Source: Candidatus Dadabacteria bacterium UBA1144
GTDB taxonomy: Bacteria; Desulfobacterota_D; UBA1144
Assembly: GCA_002311855.1 (NCBI GenBank)
Contig: DCAB01000012.1
Span: forward strand, 116,865-180,864
Direction of reading: 5' to 3'
Length of the DNA stretch: 64,000 bases
The notes below the pieces were generated by a model, which worked only from the letters and a program-made list of their open reading frames with translations, did no database searches and was not told the origin of the DNA. Below are positions 27,934 through 37,260 of this stretch, in pieces; within the stretch, counting starts at the first letter, position 1, and every line of letters starts with the position of its first letter. The translations under genes and the position numbers were made by a program.

Positions 27934-29304
27934 TCACAAATCAAAGATTTTTCCCGGATTCATTATATTTTTAGGGTCTATTGATCGCTTTAAAAGCTTC
28001 ATCAATGGTAACGAATCGCCATGTTCCATTAACAAATATTCTTTTTTGTTAAGACCAATTCCATGCTCACCCGTGATAGTACCACCTAATTCGAGAGATT
28101 TTGCAACCAATTTATCACTAAATCGTCTAATCATATGAAAATCGTCCTTATTTTGAGGATCATATAGAATTGTGACATGGAAATTTCCATCTCCTACATG
28201 TCCTATTATCGGGGCTCTTAGGTTAAGTTTTCTTATCTCTAATTCAGCAAATTCTATGCATTCTGCAAGTTTTGTAATTGGGACACAAGCATCCGTGGCA
28301 TATATCCTTGAATTTGGCTTAAGCGCCTTAACAGACCAGTAAACATCATGTCTCGCTTTCCAAAGTCTATTTCTTTCTTCAAAATCTTTTGACCAACTGA
28401 ATTTAAATCCATTGTTAGCCTCGCAAATATCCTTTGAGTTATCGATTGATTCAATATTTGATCTCTCACTTCCATGAAATTCAAAAAAAAGAGTAGGTTC
28501 GATATCCAGACCTTCAAGTTTTGAGAAATTAATACTTATCTCCATCTGTTCAGCATTCAATAATTCAATTCTTGCAACTGGTATACCAAACTGGATAATC
28601 TCTTTTGCCGAATTTACCGCTCTTTCAACACTATCAAAATGACATATCCCACTTATGATGCTTTCTGGAACAGGGCTGAGCTTCAGTTGTATCTCTGTTA
28701 TTATTCCCAATGTTCCCTCTGAACCAATAAACAATCCGGTCAAATTGTAACCAGCAGATGATTTCTTGGACCTACTCCCAGTTGTAATTATATCCCCATT
28801 AGGTAGAACAACTGTCAGAGCCAAAACATTCGTTCTCATCGTACCATATCTTACTGCCATTGTTCCAGAAGCTGAAGTTGAACACATCCCTCCTATAGTA
28901 GCATCCGCCCCCGGATCAATTGGAAAAAAAACACCTTGATCTTTCAAATAGTTGTTTAGTTGAATTCTTGTTACCGCAGCCTGTACTCTACAGTCAAAAT
29001 CGTCTTTATTAATTTCTAGAATATCGTTTAAATTCTCAAGACTTACGGAAATGCCTTTCTCGTTTCCTACAACTTGTCCTTCTAAAGATGTCCCTGCACC
29101 AAAAGGAACAACAGGTACTTCATATTCGCTGCATAATTTTAATATTTCCGAAATTTCTTCCGTACTATTGGGGAAAGCAACACCAAAGGGGAGCACGGGG
29201 TCAAATATGTCCTCTCCTTTTGCATAATTTGATCTTACACTTTCAGACAGAGCAAATCTCTTATCAAGTAACGATAAAATTTTTTTAACAAACCCTTCGT
29301 TCAT
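27934..29304 (-). CDS. FAD-linked 2-hydroxyacid oxidoreductase (D-lactate dehydrogenase/GlcD family)
   Basis: GAGTSLEG, FFPIDPG, GSEGTLGII, GHVGDGNFH, GEHGIG, MNPGKIF. Confidence 0.92.
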   Translation of the reverse strand: MNEGFVKKILSLLDKRFALSESVRSNYAKGEDIFDPVLPFGVAFPNSTEEISEILKLCSEYEVPVVPFGAGTSLEGQVVGNEKGISVSLENLNDILEINKDDFDCRVQAAVTRIQLNNYLKDQGVFFPIDPGADATIGGMCSTSASGTMAVRYGTMRTNVLALTVVLPNGDIITTGSRSKKSSAGYNLTGLFIGSEGTLGIITEIQLKLSPVPESIISGICHFDSVERAVNSAKEIIQFGIPVARIELLNAEQMEISINFSKLEGLDIEPTLFFEFHGSERSNIESIDNSKDICEANNGFKFSWSKDFEERNRLWKARHDVYWSVKALKPNSRIYATDACVPITKLAECIEFAELEIRKLNLRAPIIGHVGDGNFHVTILYDPQNKDDFHMIRRFSDKLVAKSLELGGTITGEHGIGLNKKEYLLMEHGDSLPLMKLLKRSIDPKNIMNPGKIFDL

Positions 29305-29363
29305 ACGTAATTAGTATAAACTTTATAAAAAAGAATGCCTTTCAATTAGTATGTTGCCTTGAA

Positions 29364-29498
29364 TTAATCTAATTCTTCGATACTTTCTCCGCCCATCCAT
29401 GATGGTCTTTCGTCCCATTGCTTGTTAATCCATGAGCATCCTTGGACCGAGGAAAGAAGAAAAACCGCGAGTATAAAAATTCTTGAAAACTTTTTCAA
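29364..29498 (-). CDS. 44-aa lipoprotein (absent from ORF track)
   Basis: TTG start with GGAGG SD; MKKFSRIFILAVFLLSSVQG-CSWINKQWDERPSWMGGESIEELD with basic n-region, h-region and lipobox-like VQGC. Confidence 0.75.
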   Translation of the reverse strand: MKKFSRIFILAVFLLSSVQGCSWINKQWDERPSWMGGESIEELD

Positions 29499-29604
29499 AT
29501 TAAACCTCCGGACTTTGTTTACTATATTAATACATATCAGAGATTTTTCAAAAAAATGCAGAAAATTCTTCGTATCCCTTCCCGCACCATGTCTATATAT
29601 ATTT

Positions 29605-30957
29605 TTAGAATTTAAACTGAGCCTGTAATCTAAATGTTCTTGTTTGTTTGTTGTTTTGTTTAATGCCAGCAGAAGTTAGTCCCTGTTCTTCGTTGATGTA
29701 ACCATAATCAGCATTGATTTTCAAATTATGGCCAACAAAATATTTTGAAATCATATAAGTGTGTTCAGTGATTAAATCATCAGATTTATCTGATTGATCT
29801 CTTTGTCCATACCTATAGCCAGCTGACCAGTTGTCCATTATATGATAAGAACCTTGCAATCTTAGCCAATTTATTGATTCATTTCCAATCTTCAGCGTAT
29901 CCTCGGATCCTTTAAGTGTGGAGTATTCGCCCTCCAAGGAAGCCCCTTTGTATTTAAGCGCTACATCATAAGTCCAGCCAGTTACATCTAGTTGGGTTAA
30001 TCCATAAGAGGTTTTTCCATTGTAACTCTTATAAGCTTTCCACAGGTCTTGGAGTCTGTCGTCAAATTTGCCTCCAACATTCTCTGAAAAATTTAATGAG
30101 CTATAAGTAGTCTCAATGCCTTTCCATGAAAGATAACCTGATGAAATTCTTATCCTTAATTCATCAGATTTCTTTAGGTCTCCTTGGCTTTTTTTCATTT
30201 TTCCAAGAGGATGGAATTCCAATCTAGTCACATATACATTGTCATTTACATCTAGGTCTGATGTATCTCTTTTTGTATTACCACCAAGACCAGTACCAAA
30301 ATAAAAAGTACCTGTTATGACATCTCTAAAGTAACCATCCAGTTTGAGTCCATGATCTCTCGCGAAACCGATTTGTTTTGAAGATTTATCAACGAACTCA
30401 AGTGTGCTTGAGGAATTTTGTTCTTCAAGGGTCCATGGCACTTTCATTTGACCAAAAGTAAGTTTAGCAACCGGTTTTTTTGCACTACCAAATTTATATC
30501 CAACGTACACGTCTGCCATCCCAAGTCCACTACCTGCACCACCACACTCAGTGCCGTTTTTATCAGAACAAAATACATATTTGTAGAATATGTTTGGACT
30601 ATATGCATACCCACCAATAGTTACATTGAATCTCCTTATTTGAAAATCGGCACCTCGGCCAGTAATACCATCTGTTGTAGATCCTGGTGAACCTTGTTTT
30701 TCCTGGTTCCATATTGTGTGATCAAATCTGGCTTGAATTCTACTGCCAAGATTCAGTTTAAATGCTTCTCCACCTTTAAACTCAATTCCTTCGCCTGCCT
30801 TATACCTTAATTTGATATCCTCAGAATCTGTAATTAAGTCAGTTTTTAAATTGTTGATAATTACAGATGAAGAATCTTCAGGCAATTCTTTGCTAAATAC
30901 CGTTGAGATAAAGATTAAAGAAGATAACAAGAAAAGTGGTATTATGAGCTTATTCAT
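29605..30957 (-). CDS. OprO/OprP-like (phosphate-selective) porin
   Basis: Signal peptide; LGSRIQARF, FQIRR, GQMKVPWTLEEQNSS..LEFVD; C-terminal RLQAQFKF. Confidence 0.75.
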   Translation of the reverse strand: MNKLIIPLFLLSSLIFISTVFSKELPEDSSSVIINNLKTDLITDSEDIKLRYKAGEGIEFKGGEAFKLNLGSRIQARFDHTIWNQEKQGSPGSTTDGITGRGADFQIRRFNVTIGGYAYSPNIFYKYVFCSDKNGTECGGAGSGLGMADVYVGYKFGSAKKPVAKLTFGQMKVPWTLEEQNSSSTLEFVDKSSKQIGFARDHGLKLDGYFRDVITGTFYFGTGLGGNTKRDTSDLDVNDNVYVTRLEFHPLGKMKKSQGDLKKSDELRIRISSGYLSWKGIETTYSSLNFSENVGGKFDDRLQDLWKAYKSYNGKTSYGLTQLDVTGWTYDVALKYKGASLEGEYSTLKGSEDTLKIGNESINWLRLQGSYHIMDNWSAGYRYGQRDQSDKSDDLITEHTYMISKYFVGHNLKINADYGYINEEQGLTSAGIKQNNKQTRTFRLQAQFKF

Positions 30958-30971
30958 ATGTGCTTTTAATC

Positions 30972-31931
30972 TTAACCTTCATTTCCTTGTAAAAATAGAA
31001 CTCCAAAGACTACCAAAATTGAAATCGCAAGTCCAAGTAAAAGTTTTCCAAAATCTTTTGCAACAATAGGGAAAATATATTTCAATTTATACTCTTTTCT
31101 AGTAGTCGACATTGCCAATTCTCTACCAGAAAGAAGTCCCACAAAAACCCATGTAGTCGACATTGGAAGGTCATTCCATTCTTTGAAAGAATATAAAATT
31201 AATCCATATATGACGTTAATTATACTTGTGGAACGTAAGTATCGAGAGCCAGTCTTGTTTAAGACAATTTTTTGTATTCTTCCACCTCCAATATAGAAGA
31301 TAAAAGCCAAAAAAAGAACCCCGGTGGCTATTACAGCCAATAAAGAATAAAGCGGCAATTGGCGTGGTAAATAGACCGCAATATTTGCTAAATCATGCTG
31401 TAACCATATAACAAACAAATAACCGCTGGTGACCCATTGGGCAACTCTCCAGTATTTTATATTCTGAGAATGGACTTTATTTTCTTTTTCATCAAGAAAT
31501 GAACTTATCACTAACCAAATTAGATAAGCTGCCACAGCCGCGACACCGTATCCGACTATCGATTTAACAACTATTTTTTCTAACACAACTTGAGAAGCAA
31601 ATACCGAGAATACCAAAAAAGTAGTAGAGACTGGTATGCCATATCTAGTTAAAAAAAGAAGAACTGCAGGAGCCAAGGCATGATACCATTGTGGTTCTAT
31701 GTAAGCTACTCTCGTTAATCGACCATAGGCCATATCACCACCCGTTGTTATCCAGCCATAAAGCACAACCAACGTAAAGATAGTGCCGCCAAACAACCAT
31801 AACCATTTCCAGTCTATCGATTCTTTATTGGAAGCTATGAAAGTTCCAAGAGTTTGAATGCTGTCATTTGCAATTACCGAGTATGAGGCGAGTAAAAATC
31901 CTATTATAGCCCAAATGCTAAGTATTTCCAT
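30972..31931 (-). CDS. PiT-like membrane transporter (putative phosphate permease)
   Basis: Internal duplication ANDSIQTLGT / HDLANIA and PVSTT / PMSTT resembling the PiT signature repeats; GAGGTG SD. Confidence 0.65.
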   Translation of the reverse strand: MEILSIWAIIGFLLASYSVIANDSIQTLGTFIASNKESIDWKWLWLFGGTIFTLVVLYGWITTGGDMAYGRLTRVAYIEPQWYHALAPAVLLFLTRYGIPVSTTFLVFSVFASQVVLEKIVVKSIVGYGVAAVAAYLIWLVISSFLDEKENKVHSQNIKYWRVAQWVTSGYLFVIWLQHDLANIAVYLPRQLPLYSLLAVIATGVLFLAFIFYIGGGRIQKIVLNKTGSRYLRSTSIINVIYGLILYSFKEWNDLPMSTTWVFVGLLSGRELAMSTTRKEYKLKYIFPIVAKDFGKLLLGLAISILVVFGVLFLQGNEG

Positions 31932-32091
31932 GTTACACCTCTATAGATTTTATAAATAAATTTTGGCAAAAAAAAGTATTCTTTTGTGTATAAGGAAATA
32001 ATGAAAAAGTGTAGTTGTGGAATTTCACGAAACAAAAATATAAACTAAAAAAAAAAAATTACAACAGTTTTTCTAAGAAAACTTAGTGCAC

Positions 32092-32895
32092 TTAATGGAG
32101 TTGTCTGACTGGAATTTTTTTATCCTCCGAAGCTAGATAGATCTCCATGGCTTCTGGTAAAAACTCTCTCATCGCTTGTATTCTTTTTAGGGTTGGAGGG
32201 TGGGTACTAAGCCATTCGGGTGGTCTTGGTTTGCCCTTATTGGTCTCATACATTATTTCCCAGAACGTGACTGCCTCTTCGGGATTATAGCCAGCCCTTG
32301 CCATATATATCAATCCGATTTGATCTGCTTCACTTTCTTGTAATCTACTATAAGGAAGAATAACACCAATCAATACAGTCGGGGCATATGCTTGAAATAC
32401 CGCATACTGGACAGCTGAATCCTTTTTTCGCATAGCAATCTGAAGAGCAACGGCACCCACCTGAGCTAAAATCCCCAAACTTATTCTTTCTCCACCATGC
32501 CTTGCAGTTGCATGCGCAATTTCATGTCCCATAACCGCTGCTATTTGAGCCTCGTTGTCCATAATATCAAGAATGCCTTCATAAAATGCAATCTTTCCAC
32601 CGGGGAGGCACCATGCATTGATAACATCTGATTCAATTACATTAAATTCCCAATTGTAATTCTTTCCGGTTACCGGCCCAATTCTGGTACCTACTTGCCG
32701 TACAGAATCTATATAGGCCTTATTGGTAGATAATTTATTCTCTTTTAATGCTTGATTATATGCAGTAAGGCCTAATTGTATCTCTTGATATTCAGACAAA
32801 AGAATCAATTGACCTCTGCCAGTTATAGGAGCCGTAGTACAGGAGATTAAAAAAAGAGAAAGAAAGATAAAAAGTGCGGGTAAGTTTCGTATCAT
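32092..32895 (-). CDS. M48 family metallopeptidase lipoprotein
   Basis: Lipobox LISC, NAWCLPGGK, HEIAH, YSRLQESEAD, LSTHP. Confidence 0.93.
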   Translation of the reverse strand: MIRNLPALFIFLSLFLISCTTAPITGRGQLILLSEYQEIQLGLTAYNQALKENKLSTNKAYIDSVRQVGTRIGPVTGKNYNWEFNVIESDVINAWCLPGGKIAFYEGILDIMDNEAQIAAVMGHEIAHATARHGGERISLGILAQVGAVALQIAMRKKDSAVQYAVFQAYAPTVLIGVILPYSRLQESEADQIGLIYMARAGYNPEEAVTFWEIMYETNKGKPRPPEWLSTHPPTLKRIQAMREFLPEAMEIYLASEDKKIPVRQLH

Positions 32896-34071
32896 TTATT
32901 TTGCGAAGAGCTTTTTCATTCTTTCTATGCCTTGATGGATATCATCATCAGATAAAGCATATGTGATCCTAGAAAATCCTTCTCCTTGAGTACCAAAGGC
33001 TGTTCCAGCAACAACTGCAACGCCTGCTTCAACCACAAGCTTATCCGTAAATTCTTGAGATGTAAGACCAGTTCCCGAGATATCAGGAAAACAATAAAAT
33101 GAACCAGGGGGAGCCACGCATTCGATTCCCGGGACCTCGTTCAACCCCTTAACCATAAGATCCCTTTTGTCTTGTAAAAGTTCCCTTTTTTCAATAGTCC
33201 AATCTTGAGGTCCGCTAATAGCTTCAAAAGCAGCCCTCTGAATAAATGCAGCTACATTTGTTATTGAATCTTGTAAAAAGATAGAAAGCTTTGTAATGAT
33301 TTCCTGATTTGCTACAGCAAAACCTATTCTCCAGCCCGTCATCGCATACGTTTTGGACCACGTATCAATGACGATACACCTATCTTTCATTTCAGGTATC
33401 GATGCTATTGTCTTATGTTCTTTTCCATCATAGATTACTTGGCTAAAAATCTCATCAGTAATCACTAAGAGGTCGGGATGTTTCAATACAATCTCGGCAA
33501 TTTCTTCAGGATTTTCAACTAGCTGACCATTTGGTCTTTGTGGAGTATTGATGATAAGAAGTTTAGTTTTATCAGTAATCATTTTGTCAAGCTTTGCAAG
33601 GTCGTACTGCCAATCTCCTTTGTTTAAAGGAGTATGGTGAATCTTGGCATTTGCATATTTAGCCCAAACTTCATCAGGTGGATAGCCAGGATTAGGGAAT
33701 ACAACTTCATCTCCATCCTCAAGTAATGTAAGCAAAGTCATAGTTAAAGCATTTTTGGCTCCAGCCGTAATAATCACATCTTCAGGTTGAGTTCCGGGCC
33801 TTCTATCTTTCATCGTTTCTCGGGCAATATATTCCCTCAATTCGGTTAGACCAGGGCCTGGATCGTATCTTACGTATCCTGCCTCAAGAGCTTCGATCGT
33901 TGCATCAAGAATATGTTGAGGAGTTTCAAAGTCATCACCTTGATAGTCGCCTTTTTCAAAATGAATTATTTTCTTGCCGGTTTCTTCTTCGAGTTGCTTA
34001 GCGACTCTCATACTTGCCCATTGTTTAGGCAAAGTGAAGTGATTGGTTCTCTTGCTGAAGTTGTAACCCAT
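32896..34071 (-). CDS. PLP-dependent aminotransferase class I/II
   Basis: DEIF, SKTYAMTGWRIG (PLP Lys); NTPQRPNG in place of the usual NsPnNPTG; GGAGGTG SD. Confidence 0.9.
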   Translation of the reverse strand: MGYNFSKRTNHFTLPKQWASMRVAKQLEEETGKKIIHFEKGDYQGDDFETPQHILDATIEALEAGYVRYDPGPGLTELREYIARETMKDRRPGTQPEDVIITAGAKNALTMTLLTLLEDGDEVVFPNPGYPPDEVWAKYANAKIHHTPLNKGDWQYDLAKLDKMITDKTKLLIINTPQRPNGQLVENPEEIAEIVLKHPDLLVITDEIFSQVIYDGKEHKTIASIPEMKDRCIVIDTWSKTYAMTGWRIGFAVANQEIITKLSIFLQDSITNVAAFIQRAAFEAISGPQDWTIEKRELLQDKRDLMVKGLNEVPGIECVAPPGSFYCFPDISGTGLTSQEFTDKLVVEAGVAVVAGTAFGTQGEGFSRITYALSDDDIHQGIERMKKLFAK

Positions 34072-34244
34072 TGTGCACCTCCAAAGACGCCCGTTACAAT
34101 TTTAACAAGAAGTATGAAATATTTATATTTTTTGTCAAACATTGCCAAGGTATCGTATATAAAAGACAATAGAAACTTACTTATTGCAATAATGAGTAGT
34201 TTCTTTATGATTAATGAGTCAATCGTTGGAGAAATAATGGCTTA

Positions 34245-35312
34245 ATGAACAATCAGATTAATTTGGAGAAAAAAGTAAGAGCCATAGAGGTTCAATCCGA
34301 CAGGTCTATATCGGATTTGTTGAAAATAATGGAAAATACTGGATTTCAGGGAAAAAATCTAGCAAGAGTAGTAACCGTATTTGAGAATATGGCGAGAGAC
34401 CCCAATATTGCTATACTTTTTGGTTATGCAGGATCTCTCTCCACGACTGGCCAATGGAAAATAATCAATTGGCTTTTAGAAAACAATCTCATTGATATCC
34501 TCGTACCTACAGGTGCAAATATTTCTGAGGATATTGTGGAAGCAATGGGTGGTGCCTATATCCAATCCACCCCCAACAGTCCTGACGAACAATTGTTCCA
34601 AAAGGGGTACAACAGATATTACGATGTTATTGGTAGCGAAAAGGAATATATGGATATGACAGAGCTAATTGCTGAATTTATCCAGATCTTAAATAAAAAA
34701 CATAATTATTCATCTAGAGAATTTCTTTATCTATTTGGACTTTGGCTTTCTGATAAAGGAATCGAATCTATAGTATCAGTTGCCGCAAAAAATAATGTTC
34801 CAATTTTTTGTCCAGCATTTCCTGATAGTGCATACGGAGACGCAGCCTTAATAGCAAATGCAAAAGGGTTTAGCTTAACAATTGACTCAATCAAAGACTA
34901 CAAAGAGTTCATGTCTTTGGCCGAACATGTTGTTGACACAGGGGTGGTTTATATAGGTGGAGGAGTACCAAAAGATTGGATTCAACTTATCTCCGTAACT
35001 GCCGATTTGCTTTATGAATCTAGGAAAGTACCCAATCGTAAAGGTGGCAAAAATCGAGAAAATACAGGAGACATAGAATCCTATTATCCTCACAAATATG
35101 CCATACAAATTACTACCGACTCTCCTCAATGGGGTGGTTTATCAGGTTGCACATTTGAAGAGGCAGTTTCTTGGGGAAAAGAAGATCCACATGGAGAACT
35201 AATTCAATGTTATTGTGACGCATCGATAGCTCTTCCTATCGTATCTCAAGCATTAGCAGAAAGATTAGCAACTTTCAAAAGAAAGCCAAAGAAATTAAAT
35301 TCTATTTTTTAA
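34245..35312 (+). CDS. deoxyhypusine synthase-like protein (possible homospermidine synthase)
   Basis: GFQGKNL, TGANISED, GGGVPKD, ITTD...GGLSGCTFEEAVSWGK, CDASIALP. Confidence 0.9.
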   Translation: MNNQINLEKKVRAIEVQSDRSISDLLKIMENTGFQGKNLARVVTVFENMARDPNIAILFGYAGSLSTTGQWKIINWLLENNLIDILVPTGANISEDIVEAMGGAYIQSTPNSPDEQLFQKGYNRYYDVIGSEKEYMDMTELIAEFIQILNKKHNYSSREFLYLFGLWLSDKGIESIVSVAAKNNVPIFCPAFPDSAYGDAALIANAKGFSLTIDSIKDYKEFMSLAEHVVDTGVVYIGGGVPKDWIQLISVTADLLYESRKVPNRKGGKNRENTGDIESYYPHKYAIQITTDSPQWGGLSGCTFEEAVSWGKEDPHGELIQCYCDASIALPIVSQALAERLATFKRKPKKLNSIF

Positions 35313-35927
35313 AATAATATCTAGTTCTTTAAGTGAATTAACAGGATCCCTACTTCCAAATACAGAATTTATAATCGCGGCACCATCAACTCCCGTATCC
35401 AATACTTTGTTGATATTTTTTGAATCAATACCACCAATAGCAAAAATCGGAATATCTTTGATTTTTGATACAATATCTACCATTGTATCAAATGAAGTTG
35501 GTTTCCTACCTGGTTTAGTTTTCGTATAGTATGGCGTACCGATAGCTATATAGTCTGCTCCGAGTTTTAAATATTGTTCACATCTTTCTAAATTACCATA
35601 ACAAGAAACTCCGATTATTTTTTTTAATCCCATTTTTTTTCTTGCTTCTTCAAAATTTATATCATCGTCACCAATATGCACTCCATCTGCACCACATTCT
35701 AGAGCTATGTCAACATAATCATTGACAATAAAAATTGTTTGATATTTATCAGTTAGTAGTTTAATTTGTTTGGATTTATATAAAATCTCATCAAGAGGAC
35801 CATTTTTAATTCTAAGTTGGAGAAGATTGGGCCCTAAGTTTAATACCGACTCAATTATTTCGAAGTACCTATTTTGATCTATTAGAGATTCATCAGTAAT
35901 TAAATACAAGCCTCTTAATGTTTTCAT
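35295..35927 (-). CDS. thiE: thiamine-phosphate synthase
   Basis: LYLITD, QLRIK, IVND, DGVHIG, GVSC, TKTK, AIGGI. Confidence 0.93.
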   Translation of the reverse strand: MKTLRGLYLITDESLIDQNRYFEIIESVLNLGPNLLQLRIKNGPLDEILYKSKQIKLLTDKYQTIFIVNDYVDIALECGADGVHIGDDDINFEEARKKMGLKKIIGVSCYGNLERCEQYLKLGADYIAIGTPYYTKTKPGRKPTSFDTMVDIVSKIKDIPIFAIGGIDSKNINKVLDTGVDGAAIINSVFGSRDPVNSLKELDIILKNRI

Positions 35928-35931
35928 TCAA

Positions 35932-37260
35932 TTAGAATGATTGGCTCTCTATAGTTTTTATGATCTTATCAGTAGAAGCTTCTATCTCTATTGGGTGATT
36001 CGCAAACTTGTTTGAAATTCCTTTAAGATTTTCCAGATGGTAGTTTATTTTAAAATCTACAAATTTTAATCCATGCGCAGTTGAAATAATCACAACTTTA
36101 TCTTTTTTATTAATTATCTTTTTATTAACTAATTTTTCAAAAGCAGTAACGGCCACACCAGTATGAGGACAATTGAATGTCCCAGTTAGATCCATTTTCG
36201 CTGAGGATGTTGCCAATTCCTCCTCACTTGCTTGTTCAACAATACCATCAAATATTTTTAAGATATTTATAGCTTTGTTGATACTGACAGGGTCTCCTAT
36301 TTGGATTGCACTTGCATATGTTGTAGTCGCTTTAAGAGGTTTAAAGCTTTTAAACTTATTCAAATAACTAACATATAAAGGATTTGCATTTTCAGCTTGA
36401 GCACAGACAAGTCTTGGTAATTTTTTAATTAAACCTAAATTTTTTAACATTAAAAAACCTTTACCTAATGCTGATATATTACCAAGATTCCCGCCCGGTA
36501 TTATTACCCAGTCAGGAACATCCCAATTGAATTGCTGGCAGATCTCAATGCTTATTGTTTTTTGTCCTTCAATTCTCAGAGAATTTATTGAATTCGCAAG
36601 ATATATATTTTGTTTATCACAAACCTCTTGAACAATTTTCATGCAACCATCGAAATCCGTATCTAACGAGAGTACTTTCGCACCATTAGCTAACGGTTGA
36701 ACAAGTTGCGCAATAGAAACTTTATTTCTAGGCAAAAATACAATTGATTTTAATCCAGCAGCAGCGCAATATGCGCTAAGGGCCGCGGAAGTATCTCCTG
36801 TCGATGCACAAGCAACGGCTTTAATTTCTTTTCCATCCGCAATCAATTGTTTCACAGCTGATATCAAGACTGTCATCCCTAAATCTTTGAAAGATCCTGT
36901 GTGGCTATTGCCACACATCTTAATCCAGAGATCTTCCACGCCAATTTGGTTTCCATATTTCTCGGCCCAAAAGAGATTAGTATCTCCTTCGTACATAGAA
37001 ACAATATTTTCATCATCAATAAAAGGGGCCACCCATTCCTTTTTCCCCCAAACGCCGCTACCGTACGGCCATTTTCGTTTTCTGTATCTTGTATCAAATA
37101 ATTCTTTCCAGGATTCAGGGGATCGTTCTTTAAGTTCCTCCAAATCATGTTCAACTTCTAATAGGCTTCCCGTCTTGGGGCATCTATATATGATTTCTCC
37201 AATGTTGTATCGACTATTAGGATCTTCGATACTTTGATACCAGCAATTATATTTATGCAT
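35932..37260 (-). CDS. thrC: threonine synthase (plant-like type)
   Basis: HTGSFKDLGM, CASTGDTSAA, PGGNLGN, STAHGLKF. Confidence 0.95.
   Translation of the reverse strand: MHKYNCWYQSIEDPNSRYNIGEIIYRCPKTGSLLEVEHDLEELKERSPESWKELFDTRYRKRKWPYGSGVWGKKEWVAPFIDDENIVSMYEGDTNLFWAEKYGNQIGVEDLWIKMCGNSHTGSFKDLGMTVLISAVKQLIADGKEIKAVACASTGDTSAALSAYCAAAGLKSIVFLPRNKVSIAQLVQPLANGAKVLSLDTDFDGCMKIVQEVCDKQNIYLANSINSLRIEGQKTISIEICQQFNWDVPDWVIIPGGNLGNISALGKGFLMLKNLGLIKKLPRLVCAQAENANPLYVSYLNKFKSFKPLKATTTYASAIQIGDPVSINKAINILKIFDGIVEQASEEELATSSAKMDLTGTFNCPHTGVAVTAFEKLVNKKIINKKDKVVIISTAHGLKFVDFKINYHLENLKGISNKFANHPIEIEASTDKIIKTIESQSF

Noticed and set aside
29422-29628. 68-aa plus-strand ORF
   Set aside because: Shadow of the minus-strand lipoprotein gene, which has an SD and lipobox
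32047-32083. A12 homopolymer and weak hairpin upstream of the PiT-like gene as a phase-variation tract
   Set aside because: Long A/T runs are common in this AT-rich sequence; more likely a weak terminator after the M48 gene
31932-32091. Pho box upstream of the PiT-like/porin unit
   Set aside because: No CTGTCAT-like 11-bp direct repeats found on either strand
33913-34245. 110-aa plus-strand ORF upstream of the DHS-like gene
   Set aside because: Overlaps the aminotransferase 5' end antisense and its promoter, with no family features; only its last codons (mini-uORF) are kept as a finding
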